From positions 16,366 through 80,365 of the forward strand of contig CAWBTQ010000005.1 in assembly GCA_963791725.1 (NCBI GenBank): DNA of 64,000 bases. The letters run 5' to 3'. The position numbers and the translations under genes are program-made. Origin of the DNA: an uncultured Chloroflexia bacterium. GTDB lineage: Bacteria > Chloroflexota > Limnocylindria > Limnocylindrales > CSP1-4. The notes beneath the pieces were generated by a model. It saw only the letters and a list, made by a program, of their open reading frames with translations. It made no database searches and was not told the origin of the DNA. Positions 20,260 through 29,161 of the stretch are shown piece after piece (the first letter of the stretch is position 1; each line of letters starts with the position of its first letter).

Positions 20260-21300
20260 ATGCGAGACATCGCCAATGCGGCCGGGGTCTCGCAGAGCAC
20301 CGTCTCGCGGGTCCTGAACGACTCACCGACTCGCGTCCCGATAGCCGAGGCAACGCGGGAGCGCGTCCAGCAGGCGGCCCTCAGGCTCGGATATCGGCCC
20401 AACCCCCTGGCCCGCGGTCTTCGCGGAGCCGCCACGATGCTCATGGGCGCTGTCGTGCGGGACTTCAGCGACCCGTTCTTTGCGACCGCAATCGAGGCGC
20501 TGGCGGTCGAGGCGATGTCTCACGGCTACAACATCGTCCTTGGCCACGCCCACGGGCGAGTCGACCAGGCTCTCGCGCTGACGGCAGTTCTGGAACCGCG
20601 CCACTGCGATGCGATCGTGATGCTCGGAGACATGCAGGACCAGCAGCGACTGCTCGAGGACCTGCGGGCGTCGGCCGTCCCGGTCGTCGCGCTCTGGCAG
20701 GGTTCGAGCCCAATCGAGTTTCCGACCGTCGACATCGATGATCGAGCAGGCGTGATGGCCGGCCTCGAGCATCTGATCGGGCTCGGCCATGAGCGGATCG
20801 CCTTCATCAGCGCGGCTCTGCCCGGCGACAACCCGCATCGCGAAGACGCCTTCGTCGAGTTCATGAGCGTCCGTTTCGGCGGTCTTCCGGACGGCTACGT
20901 CCAGCGCGTTCCGAACACCCTGGCCGGCGGCGAGACCGCCCTCCGGGCGCTGCTCGAGCTGCCCCAGCCGCCAACGGCCATCGCCACTTCCACCGACCTC
21001 GTCGCCGTGGGCGTTCTGCACGCCGCCTACAGCCTGGGCAGGACCGTACCCAGCGAGCTATCTGTGGTCGGGTTCGACGACCTCATCCTGGCCGCCCATA
21101 CCGTGCCGGCGCTGACCACGATGCGGATGCCCATCGCTGAAATCGTAGGGGAGGGCGTTCGCCAGGCGATCGAGTTCGCGCGCGACCCTTCGCTCCCGCG
21201 CGAGCCGCGAGTCACGATGTTCGAGCCGACCCTCGTGGTGCGCCAGTCGACGGCTTCCATCGTCGGCGTCCCGTTGACCGGCGCCGGGGACCGCGCCTAG
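20260..21300 (+). CDS. LacI-family transcriptional regulator.
   Basis: The HTH reads MRDIANAAGVSQSTVSRVLN and is followed by a sugar-binding domain. The start is trimmed to the ATG at 20260, with a GTG at 20251 as alternative. The 3' end overlaps the GH127 gene convergently by 4 nt. Confidence 0.8.
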   Translation: MRDIANAAGVSQSTVSRVLNDSPTRVPIAEATRERVQQAALRLGYRPNPLARGLRGAATMLMGAVVRDFSDPFFATAIEALAVEAMSHGYNIVLGHAHGRVDQALALTAVLEPRHCDAIVMLGDMQDQQRLLEDLRASAVPVVALWQGSSPIEFPTVDIDDRAGVMAGLEHLIGLGHERIAFISAALPGDNPHREDAFVEFMSVRFGGLPDGYVQRVPNTLAGGETALRALLELPQPPTAIATSTDLVAVGVLHAAYSLGRTVPSELSVVGFDDLILAAHTVPALTTMRMPIAEIVGEGVRQAIEFARDPSLPREPRVTMFEPTLVVRQSTASIVGVPLTGAGDRA

Positions 21301-23249
21301 GACCGGACCGGGATCCAGACCCGCATCCCGTCGACCGAGCGGTTGGCCCAGGCGAAGTACGGGATCGCACCGGCTTCGATCGCACGTGCCTCGACGGCTC
21401 TTCCGCACGCGCCGCCGGTCCGACGGTATGGCCACGAGCCAAGCGGGCCGGCCGGGCGGTGGACCGCCGGCACGACCAACCCGACGAACCCCCCGCCGAT
21501 ATCGGGTCTGGCCACGGTCCATGGGTGGACGGTCGGCTCGAGCACGACGTCCTCGAGGATGACGCCTGCCGGCAGGTCCTCGCTTTCTATGCAGTAGACG
21601 AGCGGGCCTCGCTCCAGCGCCAGGCAGCCGCGAATGGCATCGATCCGCGCATCCGGCGCCGTCACGCGCACCGGCATCTCGAGTGCCAGCTCGACCCGGT
21701 CGCCAGCCTGCCAGACGCGGACGTCGCTCTTCCAGCGCCCCGGAAGAGCATGCTTGGCCTCCGATGACCCGAGCTGAACGGTCGCCGATTCACACCAGCC
21801 GGGCACGCGCAGCGAAAGCGACCAGGGTCCCTCAGGCGCCTCGCGAACGGTAACCGCCACTCGGCCGTCCCACGGGTAGTCCGTCTCGACGGACAGCCTG
21901 ACCTGGCCGCCGGCCACCGCGGCACGGATTTCGGAGTTGGCGTACTGGTGAATCTGGACCCCGTCGTTGTCGGAAGTGGCCAGGTACTGCCGCCACGAGC
22001 TGAGCATCCGCATAAGGTTCGGTGGGCAGCACGCGCACGCAAACCAGCCGGCGCGGTGACCCTTCGCCGGGTCGGCGGCGGCCCGCGTGGATCGGCGCTG
22101 CAGCGTGTTGACATAGAAGAACTCGGTGCCGGCCAGCGACGATCCGGCCAGCATGCCGTTGTAGGCCGTACGTTCGATGACGTCCGCGCACTCGGGATCG
22201 CCCGTGGCAAGGAGCAAGCGCCAGGCGAGCATGACGCTTGCGACGGCGGCGCATGTCTCCGCGTAGGCCCTGTCGGGCGGCAGCTCGAAAGGGTCGCCGA
22301 ACGATTCGTCGAGATGGCGGCTGCTGAGGCCGCCGGTCAGATAGCTTCGTGTGGCGACCATGTCTCGCCAGCGACGATGGACCGCCTCCAGGAGCGCCGC
22401 GTCCCCGGTCTCGGTCGCGACGTCGACGGCACCGCAGTCGAGGTAGAGTTGCCGGACCGCGTGGCCGGCCACGCGGTGGGCCTCTCGAACTGGCTCGAGG
22501 TCCTGCCAGTAGGCGGAACCGAATGGGCCGGGCCCGAGCAACCCATGCCCTCGCGCTTCGATCATGCGGGCGGCGAGGTCCAGGTGTCGCCGTTCTCCCG
22601 TAGCCCGGAAGAGCTCGACCAGCGCCATCTCGATCCCGGGGTGGCCGTCGAAGCCCGTCCGACCTTCAGGGCCGAACTCGCGCTCGACCGAATCGACCGC
22701 CTTCATTGCCACGGCCAGGAGGCGGTCGTCCGCCAGGGCCTGATGCCAGGCGATGGCCGCCTGGATCAGATGACCTACGGAGTAGAGCTCGTGGCCCCAG
22801 GCCAGATCCTTGTACTCCTGGTCCTTAGCGACCACCTGGACGTACGTGTTGATGTAGCCGTCCGGGCGCTGGGCGTTGACTACGGCTGCTATGGCCTCGT
22901 CGGCCTCTCGAGCCAGGGCCGGATCGGACGCGCTGCCGAGCTCCCAGGCAACGGCCTCGAGCCACTTGTACACGTCAGAATCGAGGAACTGATAGACCAG
23001 GCCCACGGTGGCACCGATAGTCCGATACTCGCCTGGGGCTCCCGCGGCGAGACGGAGGTTGTTCAGATTCCCCGCGCTCTCCAATTGCCCGAACCCATGA
23101 GGCAGCGTGCTCTCTCGATTGCGACGGATGCGCTCAGCCCAGAATCCGCCCGTCACGCTCACGCCGGCCGTCCCGAGCGGGGAAAGCCGGGCAATAGCGG
23201 ACTGAGTGGGATTCACGGCCGCCACGAGCGCCTCGAATTCGACAGACAC
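21297..23249 (-). CDS. Glycoside hydrolase family 127 (beta-L-arabinofuranosidase, DUF1680).
   Basis: The 650-aa protein has a conserved N-terminal region (GGFWAERIRRNRESTLPHGFGQLESAGNLNNL, WGHELYSVGHLIQAAIAWH) typical of HypBA1-like GH127 enzymes, including Cys residues in the C-terminal part. Confidence 0.88.
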   Translation of the reverse strand: MSVEFEALVAAVNPTQSAIARLSPLGTAGVSVTGGFWAERIRRNRESTLPHGFGQLESAGNLNNLRLAAGAPGEYRTIGATVGLVYQFLDSDVYKWLEAVAWELGSASDPALAREADEAIAAVVNAQRPDGYINTYVQVVAKDQEYKDLAWGHELYSVGHLIQAAIAWHQALADDRLLAVAMKAVDSVEREFGPEGRTGFDGHPGIEMALVELFRATGERRHLDLAARMIEARGHGLLGPGPFGSAYWQDLEPVREAHRVAGHAVRQLYLDCGAVDVATETGDAALLEAVHRRWRDMVATRSYLTGGLSSRHLDESFGDPFELPPDRAYAETCAAVASVMLAWRLLLATGDPECADVIERTAYNGMLAGSSLAGTEFFYVNTLQRRSTRAAADPAKGHRAGWFACACCPPNLMRMLSSWRQYLATSDNDGVQIHQYANSEIRAAVAGGQVRLSVETDYPWDGRVAVTVREAPEGPWSLSLRVPGWCESATVQLGSSEAKHALPGRWKSDVRVWQAGDRVELALEMPVRVTAPDARIDAIRGCLALERGPLVYCIESEDLPAGVILEDVVLEPTVHPWTVARPDIGGGFVGLVVPAVHRPAGPLGSWPYRRTGGACGRAVEARAIEAGAIPYFAWANRSVDGMRVWIPVRS

Positions 23250-23429
23250 GCCACCGTTCCTCTTGTAGCAATGCTTCCGACCGGCCCCATACGAGGGAAT
23301 GCCGGCCGACTCATCTCATGCCGATCGCGCCCGCGAGATGGGCTTCGGTCGGCCGCTGTTTGACTGGCTCGAGCGCCCTCCGCAGCCCTCCAGGTCGATT
23401 GCCGGGGCCTGTTCCCGGTATCGTAGGCA

Positions 23430-23443
23430 CGCAAACGATTGCA
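23430..23443. promoter_or_regulatory. Candidate LacI-family operator (cGCAAACGATTGCA).
   Basis: It matches the generic LacI-family palindrome TGnAAnCGnTTnCA at 13 of 14 positions. It lies in the divergent promoter region between the GH127 gene and the SBP gene. Confidence 0.45.
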
Positions 23444-23484
23444 TACACGGCCCAAAGACGCAAGAGCTCTGCAAACGAATTTGT

Positions 23485-23498
23485 GAAAACGATTGTAC
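23485..23498. promoter_or_regulatory. Second candidate LacI-family operator (TGAAAACGATTGTA).
   Basis: It matches TGnAAnCGnTTnCA at 13 of 14 positions, 55 nt from the first site. A flanking inverted repeat GCAAACGA...TCGTTTGC spans 23472-23511. Confidence 0.45.
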
Positions 23499-23609
23499 GC
23501 ACTCGTTTGCCTATGGTAGTCTGTCGCCGCCCAGGCCGTTCCCGGCAGGCAAATAGCCAATCGGGGGAGCCTCGACGCTATCGGTAGTGCACATGGAGAG
23601 GAGCATGGG

Positions 23610-24998
23610 ATGAAGAACGTATTCAGGCTGCCGCCCACGCTGGCTACCCTGGCGACCGTCGCCATGGTGGTGGTCGTGGGATGCAGCTCCACCACCGCGA
23701 CGCCGACCCCGGCGCCGGTGGTAACGCCGGTACCGGTCACGCCGGCGAGCGCGACACCGGCCGGCTCCGTGGCGGCGACGCCCTTCAGCGCCGGCGTCGA
23801 CGACGGCACGAAGATCACGATGTGGACCCGAGCAGCAACGCAGGCGCGTGCGCAGCCGCTCGTGAAGGCCTACAACTCCAGCCACAAGAACCAGGTCACT
23901 CTCACCGTCATCCCGACGGACGACTACAACACCAAGGTCTCCACGGCGGCGGCGGCCAACGGCCTGCCCGATCTGCTGTCGGGCGACGTCGTGTTCATGC
24001 CCAACTGGACATCGGCGGGTCTGTTCCAGGACCTGACGTCCCGGATCAATGCCCTGCCGTTCAAGGACAGCCTCGCCCAGGGAGCGATCAAGAGCTCCAC
24101 TTGGGATGGCAAGGAATACGGGCTGCCGTTCGTCTCGGACCTGTCCGTCTGGATGTACAACAAGAAGCTGTTTACCCAGGCCGGCCTCGATCCGAACAAG
24201 CCGCCCACCACTCTGGCTGAGTTCCAGGCCGACGCAACGGCGATCGGCAAGCTCGGCAACGGCATCCACGGCACGTTCTTCGGCGGCGACTGCGGCGGCT
24301 GCGAAGTCTTCACCTGGTTCCCGATCATCTGGGCCGACGGGCAGCAGGTGATGAGCCCCGACGGCAAGACTTCTCTCCTCAACAGCGACGACGCCAAGGC
24401 CGTTTACAAGGCCTTCGCGCAGATGGTCTCGGACGGCACCGCTTTGATGCCCGACTCCAAGACCGAGACCGGTGCGACCTGGACCGGCTACTTCCCCAAG
24501 GGCAACATCGGCATCATGCCGATGCCGGCCAGCCTGGCTGGCGTTGCCAACTCCGCGCTCGCTGACTCCGACATCGGCGTCACCCCGATCGCCGGCGTCA
24601 ACGGCGGCCAGGCCACCTTCGTCGGCGGCGATGCCATCGCCATCACCAAGGACAGCAAGGTCACCGACCAGGCCTGGAACTTCGTCTCCTGGCTGCAGAG
24701 CGACGACGCTCAGATCAACGTGATCGCCAAGCCGGCCTCCCAGGGCGGCCTGGGCGCAGTCGTTTCTCGCTCAGACCTGGCCAGCAACCAGTACACGTCG
24801 TCCGATCCGAGGCTCGTGATGTTCAACTCCATCGCGGCCAAGGGCACGACTCCGTTCGCGGTCAACTTCAACGCCGCGTTCAACGATCCGCAGAGCCCGT
24901 GGATCACCATGTTCCGCGACGCAGTGTTCAACAACGCTGATTCGTCGAAGATCGACTCGGACAACAACGCGATCACCAAGGTTCTCAGCGGTTCCTAA
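23610..24998 (+). CDS. Sugar ABC transporter substrate-binding lipoprotein.
   Basis: A lipoprotein signal (TVAMVVVVGCSS) and a Thr/Pro linker precede an SBP family 1 fold. An RBS GGAGAGGAG lies upstream of the ATG. Confidence 0.88.
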   Translation: MKNVFRLPPTLATLATVAMVVVVGCSSTTATPTPAPVVTPVPVTPASATPAGSVAATPFSAGVDDGTKITMWTRAATQARAQPLVKAYNSSHKNQVTLTVIPTDDYNTKVSTAAAANGLPDLLSGDVVFMPNWTSAGLFQDLTSRINALPFKDSLAQGAIKSSTWDGKEYGLPFVSDLSVWMYNKKLFTQAGLDPNKPPTTLAEFQADATAIGKLGNGIHGTFFGGDCGGCEVFTWFPIIWADGQQVMSPDGKTSLLNSDDAKAVYKAFAQMVSDGTALMPDSKTETGATWTGYFPKGNIGIMPMPASLAGVANSALADSDIGVTPIAGVNGGQATFVGGDAIAITKDSKVTDQAWNFVSWLQSDDAQINVIAKPASQGGLGAVVSRSDLASNQYTSSDPRLVMFNSIAAKGTTPFAVNFNAAFNDPQSPWITMFRDAVFNNADSSKIDSDNNAITKVLSGS

Positions 24999-25072
24999 GG
25001 GTTACTCTGGCGGTGCGGGCTCTACCCGGGCCCGCACCGCGGCTATCTGTCGAGAGTCCGGAGGAAGTTGGA

Positions 25073-26038
25073 GTGACCAGCGCCGCGCCGGCCCGGGAGG
25101 TTGGCTCCGGGCGGAGATTCACCTGGAAGAGGGCACGACAGCTCGTCGGCTTGCTCTATGCCCTGCCGACGCTGGTCTACGTACTCTGCTTCTTCGTCCT
25201 GCCGCTGCTTCTGGTCGTATGGTTTTCGGGCCACTCCTGCAACCTGCTGACCTGCTCGATTGCGAACCCGGGCAAGACCAACCTCCCGGACAACTACGCG
25301 TCCTTCAGTTCTAACAGTCTGTTCTGGCCCGCCGTCTGGTTCACCCTCGAGTACACGGTCCTGGCCACGGCCCTGCTTGTCGGGATCGGACTGGGCCTGG
25401 CGTTGCTCGTCCAGAGGCCCGGCCGGTGGGTCGGCTTGCTGCGCACGAGCTTCCTGATCCCGGGCGCCCTCGGCCTGGCGACAGCTTCGCTGCTGTACTG
25501 GGGTCTCTATTCCGGCGTCATCGGGCCGTTCAACCCGTTGATGGACGCGATCAACAGCATCGGGATGCAGCTGGGTCTCGTGACCCAGACCAGCCAGATC
25601 AGCTTCCTGGGCTCGCCCAACACCGCGCTTTTCTTCACGACGATCCTCATCGTGTGGAAGTTCGCGGGCTTCTACATGATCATCCTGCTGGTGGGTCTCC
25701 AGGCGATACCGCGCGACGTGTACGAGGCGGCCGCAATCGATGGGGCTAGCCGCTGGCAGACCTTCCGCTTCATCACGCTGCCCTTGTTGCGGCCCTCGCT
25801 GGCCCTGTCCTTGATCCTGTGTATCACCGGATCGCTGCTCGCCTTCGACCAGTTCTACGTGCTGACGAAAGGCGGGCCGGACAACACGACCGTGACCGTC
25901 GTCCAGCTGATCTATCGAGAAGCGTTCATCCGACAGAACCTTGGGACGGCCGCGGCGCTTTCCGTCCTGGTCCTGGCGGCACTCCTCGTGCTCAACGCCC
26001 TGCAGTTCCGTGGGCTGCACGGCACGGCCGCCGACTGA
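25073..26038 (+). CDS. Sugar ABC transporter permease (MalF-type).
   Basis: The EAA motif (EAAAIDGASRWQTFRFITLPLL) and 6 TM helices are present. The start is trimmed to an in-frame GTG at 25073, with a GGAGGA RBS 7 nt upstream. Confidence 0.85.
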   Translation: MTSAAPAREVGSGRRFTWKRARQLVGLLYALPTLVYVLCFFVLPLLLVVWFSGHSCNLLTCSIANPGKTNLPDNYASFSSNSLFWPAVWFTLEYTVLATALLVGIGLGLALLVQRPGRWVGLLRTSFLIPGALGLATASLLYWGLYSGVIGPFNPLMDAINSIGMQLGLVTQTSQISFLGSPNTALFFTTILIVWKFAGFYMIILLVGLQAIPRDVYEAAAIDGASRWQTFRFITLPLLRPSLALSLILCITGSLLAFDQFYVLTKGGPDNTTVTVVQLIYREAFIRQNLGTAAALSVLVLAALLVLNALQFRGLHGTAAD

Positions 26039-26049
26039 GGGACACAGAG

Positions 26050-26886
26050 ATGCGATCGACCAATCCGTTTCTGCGGACCCCCTACTACGTTCTGACCGGC
26101 GGCCTCGCGATCATCTTCCTGTTCCCGATCGTCTGGTCCCTCTTCTCCTCCGTCAGCCCCTCGCCGGGCTCCAACCAGGTCTTCGGCTACGGCACCGGCA
26201 ACTACGCCACGCTGTACAACTCCTCGCCGGGCCTTCCGACGTGGATCCTCAACAGCGCCGCGATCTCCATCATGACCGTGGCTTTCGTCCTGGCGGTCTC
26301 CCTCTTGGGCGGATACGCGTTCGCCAAGTTCTCGTTCCCGGGCAAGAACCTCATCTTTCTGGCCACGCTCGCGATCCTGATGGTCCCCTACGCGACTCTG
26401 CTGATCCCGCTCTACATACTGCACAACTACCTTCGCGACTGGCCGATCATCGGCTGGAACCTCGTCTGGCTGTCACTGGTCCTCGGCATGTTCCAGCTGC
26501 CGTTCGCGACATACATGATGCGTATCTCCTTCGAGTCGGTGCCCCGGGAGCTCGAGGAAGCGGCGCTCGTGGACGGGGGAGGGACCTTCGCGGCCTTCCG
26601 CCACGTTCTTCTGCCGCTGGTGCGCCCGGGCATCGTGACGGTCGGGCTGTTCGCCTTCCTGGCGGCCTGGAACGACTTCTTCGCCCCTCTCGTCCTGATC
26701 AACTCGCCGTCCGAGCAGCCGCTCCCGCTGGCGCTGGTCAACTTGCGCCAGCAAACCATGGGCGCTGTCGACTTCGGCTCGACCGAGGCCGGAGTCGTCG
26801 TCATGGCGATCCCGTGCCTGGTTCTGTTCCTGATGCTGCAGCGGTACTACGTCCAGGGCTTCATGTCGGGAGCCATCAAGGGTTGA
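26050..26886 (+). CDS. Sugar ABC transporter permease (MalG-type).
   Basis: The EAA motif (EAALVDGGGTFAAFRHVLLPLV) and TM helices are present. The gene uses the ATG at 26050; the upstream part of ORF 25819 overlaps the previous permease. Confidence 0.88.
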   Translation: MRSTNPFLRTPYYVLTGGLAIIFLFPIVWSLFSSVSPSPGSNQVFGYGTGNYATLYNSSPGLPTWILNSAAISIMTVAFVLAVSLLGGYAFAKFSFPGKNLIFLATLAILMVPYATLLIPLYILHNYLRDWPIIGWNLVWLSLVLGMFQLPFATYMMRISFESVPRELEEAALVDGGGTFAAFRHVLLPLVRPGIVTVGLFAFLAAWNDFFAPLVLINSPSEQPLPLALVNLRQQTMGAVDFGSTEAGVVVMAIPCLVLFLMLQRYYVQGFMSGAIKG

Positions 26887-27041
26887 TGTAGAAGACCAAG
26901 TGGCGGCTGTATCCGGCGGCGGCCACTCTTCCTGGGTCATAGGCCAGCGGGGTCTCCCTCCCCGCTGGCCTCCTTTATGCCTGTGGCCTGCGGCTCGCCC
27001 GATGGAGATCGTTGAGTCGTAGCGCGTTGGACGTCTGGCGC

Positions 27042-27479
27042 TCAGGAGATGAAGCTCTCCAACGCCCGCTCGTCGGACGCTGACAGGTGGCCGTTGCGCG
27101 ACTGCAGCTCGAGCTCCGGAGTCGGCACCTTCGCGGCGAGTGCCGCTCGCATCCTGGGAAACTGAGTGCCGGTCCGAAGCTTGTAGGTGGTGAAGAGCCC
27201 GACCTTCGGTTGCTGCGTACCCGGTTCCGCCGGCACGTTCGGCAAATCCCGGACGAACGCCAGCCACGGCTCGTCCGGATGCTGCATGACGACGAACAGG
27301 CCACTCGTCCAGCAGCCGAAGAGCAGGTAGTCCGCGCCGGCGAGGCCGGCTATGTCGCAATCGCCGACGGAAACTACTTGTGCGTTCACTCCCTTGCTCG
27401 CCAGAAACGCGGCGATCTCCTCGCCGTATCGGCGAGTCACGCCGGAGTGGCTGCGGTAAATGACGACGGCCTTCCTCAC
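27042..27479 (-). CDS. Flavodoxin-like domain protein.
   Basis: VVIYRSHSGVTRRYGEEIA resembles the flavodoxin FMN-binding T/S-x-T-G loop. The start is the GTG at 27479, with a GAGGAG RBS; the longer ORF upstream is Arg/Pro-rich junk. Confidence 0.6.
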   Translation of the reverse strand: MRKAVVIYRSHSGVTRRYGEEIAAFLASKGVNAQVVSVGDCDIAGLAGADYLLFGCWTSGLFVVMQHPDEPWLAFVRDLPNVPAEPGTQQPKVGLFTTYKLRTGTQFPRMRAALAAKVPTPELELQSRNGHLSASDERALESFIS

Positions 27480-27748
27480 CCTGGAATCTCCTCTACATCT
27501 TGGCAAGCAAGGCTCTCCGCGCCCGACGACGCGAGGCCAGTGCCGACCGTCACGTTTCAGCCCGGCGTGACCGCTGCGGGCCCACGGCGAGAGCGAGTGT
27601 GGCGGCCGGGGCGCCGCGCAGTCAGGTGAGGCACACCTCCGGCCGGCCGGCGCTCCGCATTCCGGGGACGCCGTCATGCCATCCGGCCCTTCGCCGCAGA
27701 TCGAAGGCGAGCAAAAATCGGCATCTCTGCGGCAGATAAGGGGACCGA

Positions 27749-28213
27749 ATGACGACGAAAAAACAGGTCGACGACTTCCTGGCGCTCAAGCGCATCGCGA
27801 TAGTGGGCGTATCGCGCGATCCCAAGGGCTTCTCCAACGTGATGTGGCAGGAGTTCCGGCAGCGCCGCTATGAGGCCATCCCGGTCAATCCGCTCGCCAC
27901 CGAGATCGATGGCCAGCCGTGTTTCGCGAAGGTCGGCGACATCAAACCGGGCGTCGACGGCGTGTTGATCATGACCTCGAAGAAGTCGACCGATCAGGTC
28001 GTGCACGACTGTGCCGAGGCGGGCGTGAAGCACGTTTGGATGTACGGCGGCATGGCTCCCGGTGCGTCGACCAGCTCGGCTGTGGCCTTCTGCGCCCAGA
28101 ACGACATCGACGTCGTGGACGGCCTGTGCCCATACATGTTCCTGTCGGGCACGCCCGCTTTCCATGCTCCGCACCGCGTCTGGAAGAAGCTGACCGGCAG
28201 CTACCCGAGGTAG
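27749..28213 (+). CDS. CoA-binding domain protein (YccU/YneT-like).
   Basis: The block IAIVGVSRDPKGFSNVMWQEF...GVDGVLIMT matches the CoA_binding_2 fold. Confidence 0.8.
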   Translation: MTTKKQVDDFLALKRIAIVGVSRDPKGFSNVMWQEFRQRRYEAIPVNPLATEIDGQPCFAKVGDIKPGVDGVLIMTSKKSTDQVVHDCAEAGVKHVWMYGGMAPGASTSSAVAFCAQNDIDVVDGLCPYMFLSGTPAFHAPHRVWKKLTGSYPR

Positions 28214-28288
28214 GGACGAGTTCCGGGCCTCCAGATCGCGATGAGCAGCCCGCCGCTACGAGCGGGCGGCTCCTGCTAACCTCGACCG

Positions 28289-29161
28289 ATGGCCGATGAT
28301 TTCGACGTCCTGGGCGGTGCGGTCGGACGTATTGTGCTGGCCGACAACCTGGCCATTCTCGGCTCGCTCCCGGACGAATCGATCGATCTCGTCTACATCG
28401 ATCCCCCGTTCAACACCGGCAAGCGACAGACGCTACGGCGGCTGCGAACGGTCCGAGACGACGAGGCGGGCGACCGAACCGGGTATGGCGGGCGGCGCTA
28501 TCGAACGATCCGGCTCGGCACGCAGAGCTACCTCGACATCCACGACGACTATCTGGACTTCCTCGAGCCCCGACTGGCCGAGATCCGGCGCGTGCTGCGG
28601 CCGACGGGCAGCCTCTATCTCCATCTCGACCCACGAGAGGTCCACTACGCGAAGGTTCTCTGCGACGCCTTGTTCGGGCGGGAATGTTTCCTCAACGAGA
28701 TCGTGTGGGCGTACGACTACGGCGCCCGGACGAAGCGGCGCTGGCCGGCCAAGCACGACGACATCCTGCTCTACGTGAAAGACGCCGAGCGGTATTGGTT
28801 CGACGGGGACGCGGTCGAACGGATTCCGTACATGGCACCGGGGTTGGTCGGCCCCGAGAAGGCTTCTCGCGGCAAGCTCCCGACCGACACGTGGTGGCAG
28901 ACGATCGTGCCCCCCGGCGGCTCCGAGCGGACGGGTTACCCGAACCAGAAGCCCGTGGCGGTCCTGCGGCGCGTCGTATCGGCATCCTGCCCCGTGGGGG
29001 GAGTGGTCGCGGATTTCTTTGCCGGGAGCGGCACGACGGGCGCGGCGGCGATCGACCTGGGCCGGCGTTTCCTGCTGGTGGACTCGAACCCGGACGCGGT
29101 GGCGGTCATGCGGCGGCGCCTGGGCGGCGTGGCGGGGGTGGAAGTGGCCGGCGAGGGTTAG
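28289..29161 (+). CDS. DNA methyltransferase, beta-class amino-MTase (N6-adenine or N4-cytosine).
   Basis: Catalytic motif IV DPPF (IDLVYIDPPFNTGK) lies near the N-terminus and the SAM motif I FAGSGTTG near the C-terminus. This order defines the beta class (M.PvuII / CcrM / M.RsrI-like). Confidence 0.88.
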   Translation: MADDFDVLGGAVGRIVLADNLAILGSLPDESIDLVYIDPPFNTGKRQTLRRLRTVRDDEAGDRTGYGGRRYRTIRLGTQSYLDIHDDYLDFLEPRLAEIRRVLRPTGSLYLHLDPREVHYAKVLCDALFGRECFLNEIVWAYDYGARTKRRWPAKHDDILLYVKDAERYWFDGDAVERIPYMAPGLVGPEKASRGKLPTDTWWQTIVPPGGSERTGYPNQKPVAVLRRVVSASCPVGGVVADFFAGSGTTGAAAIDLGRRFLLVDSNPDAVAVMRRRLGGVAGVEVAGEG

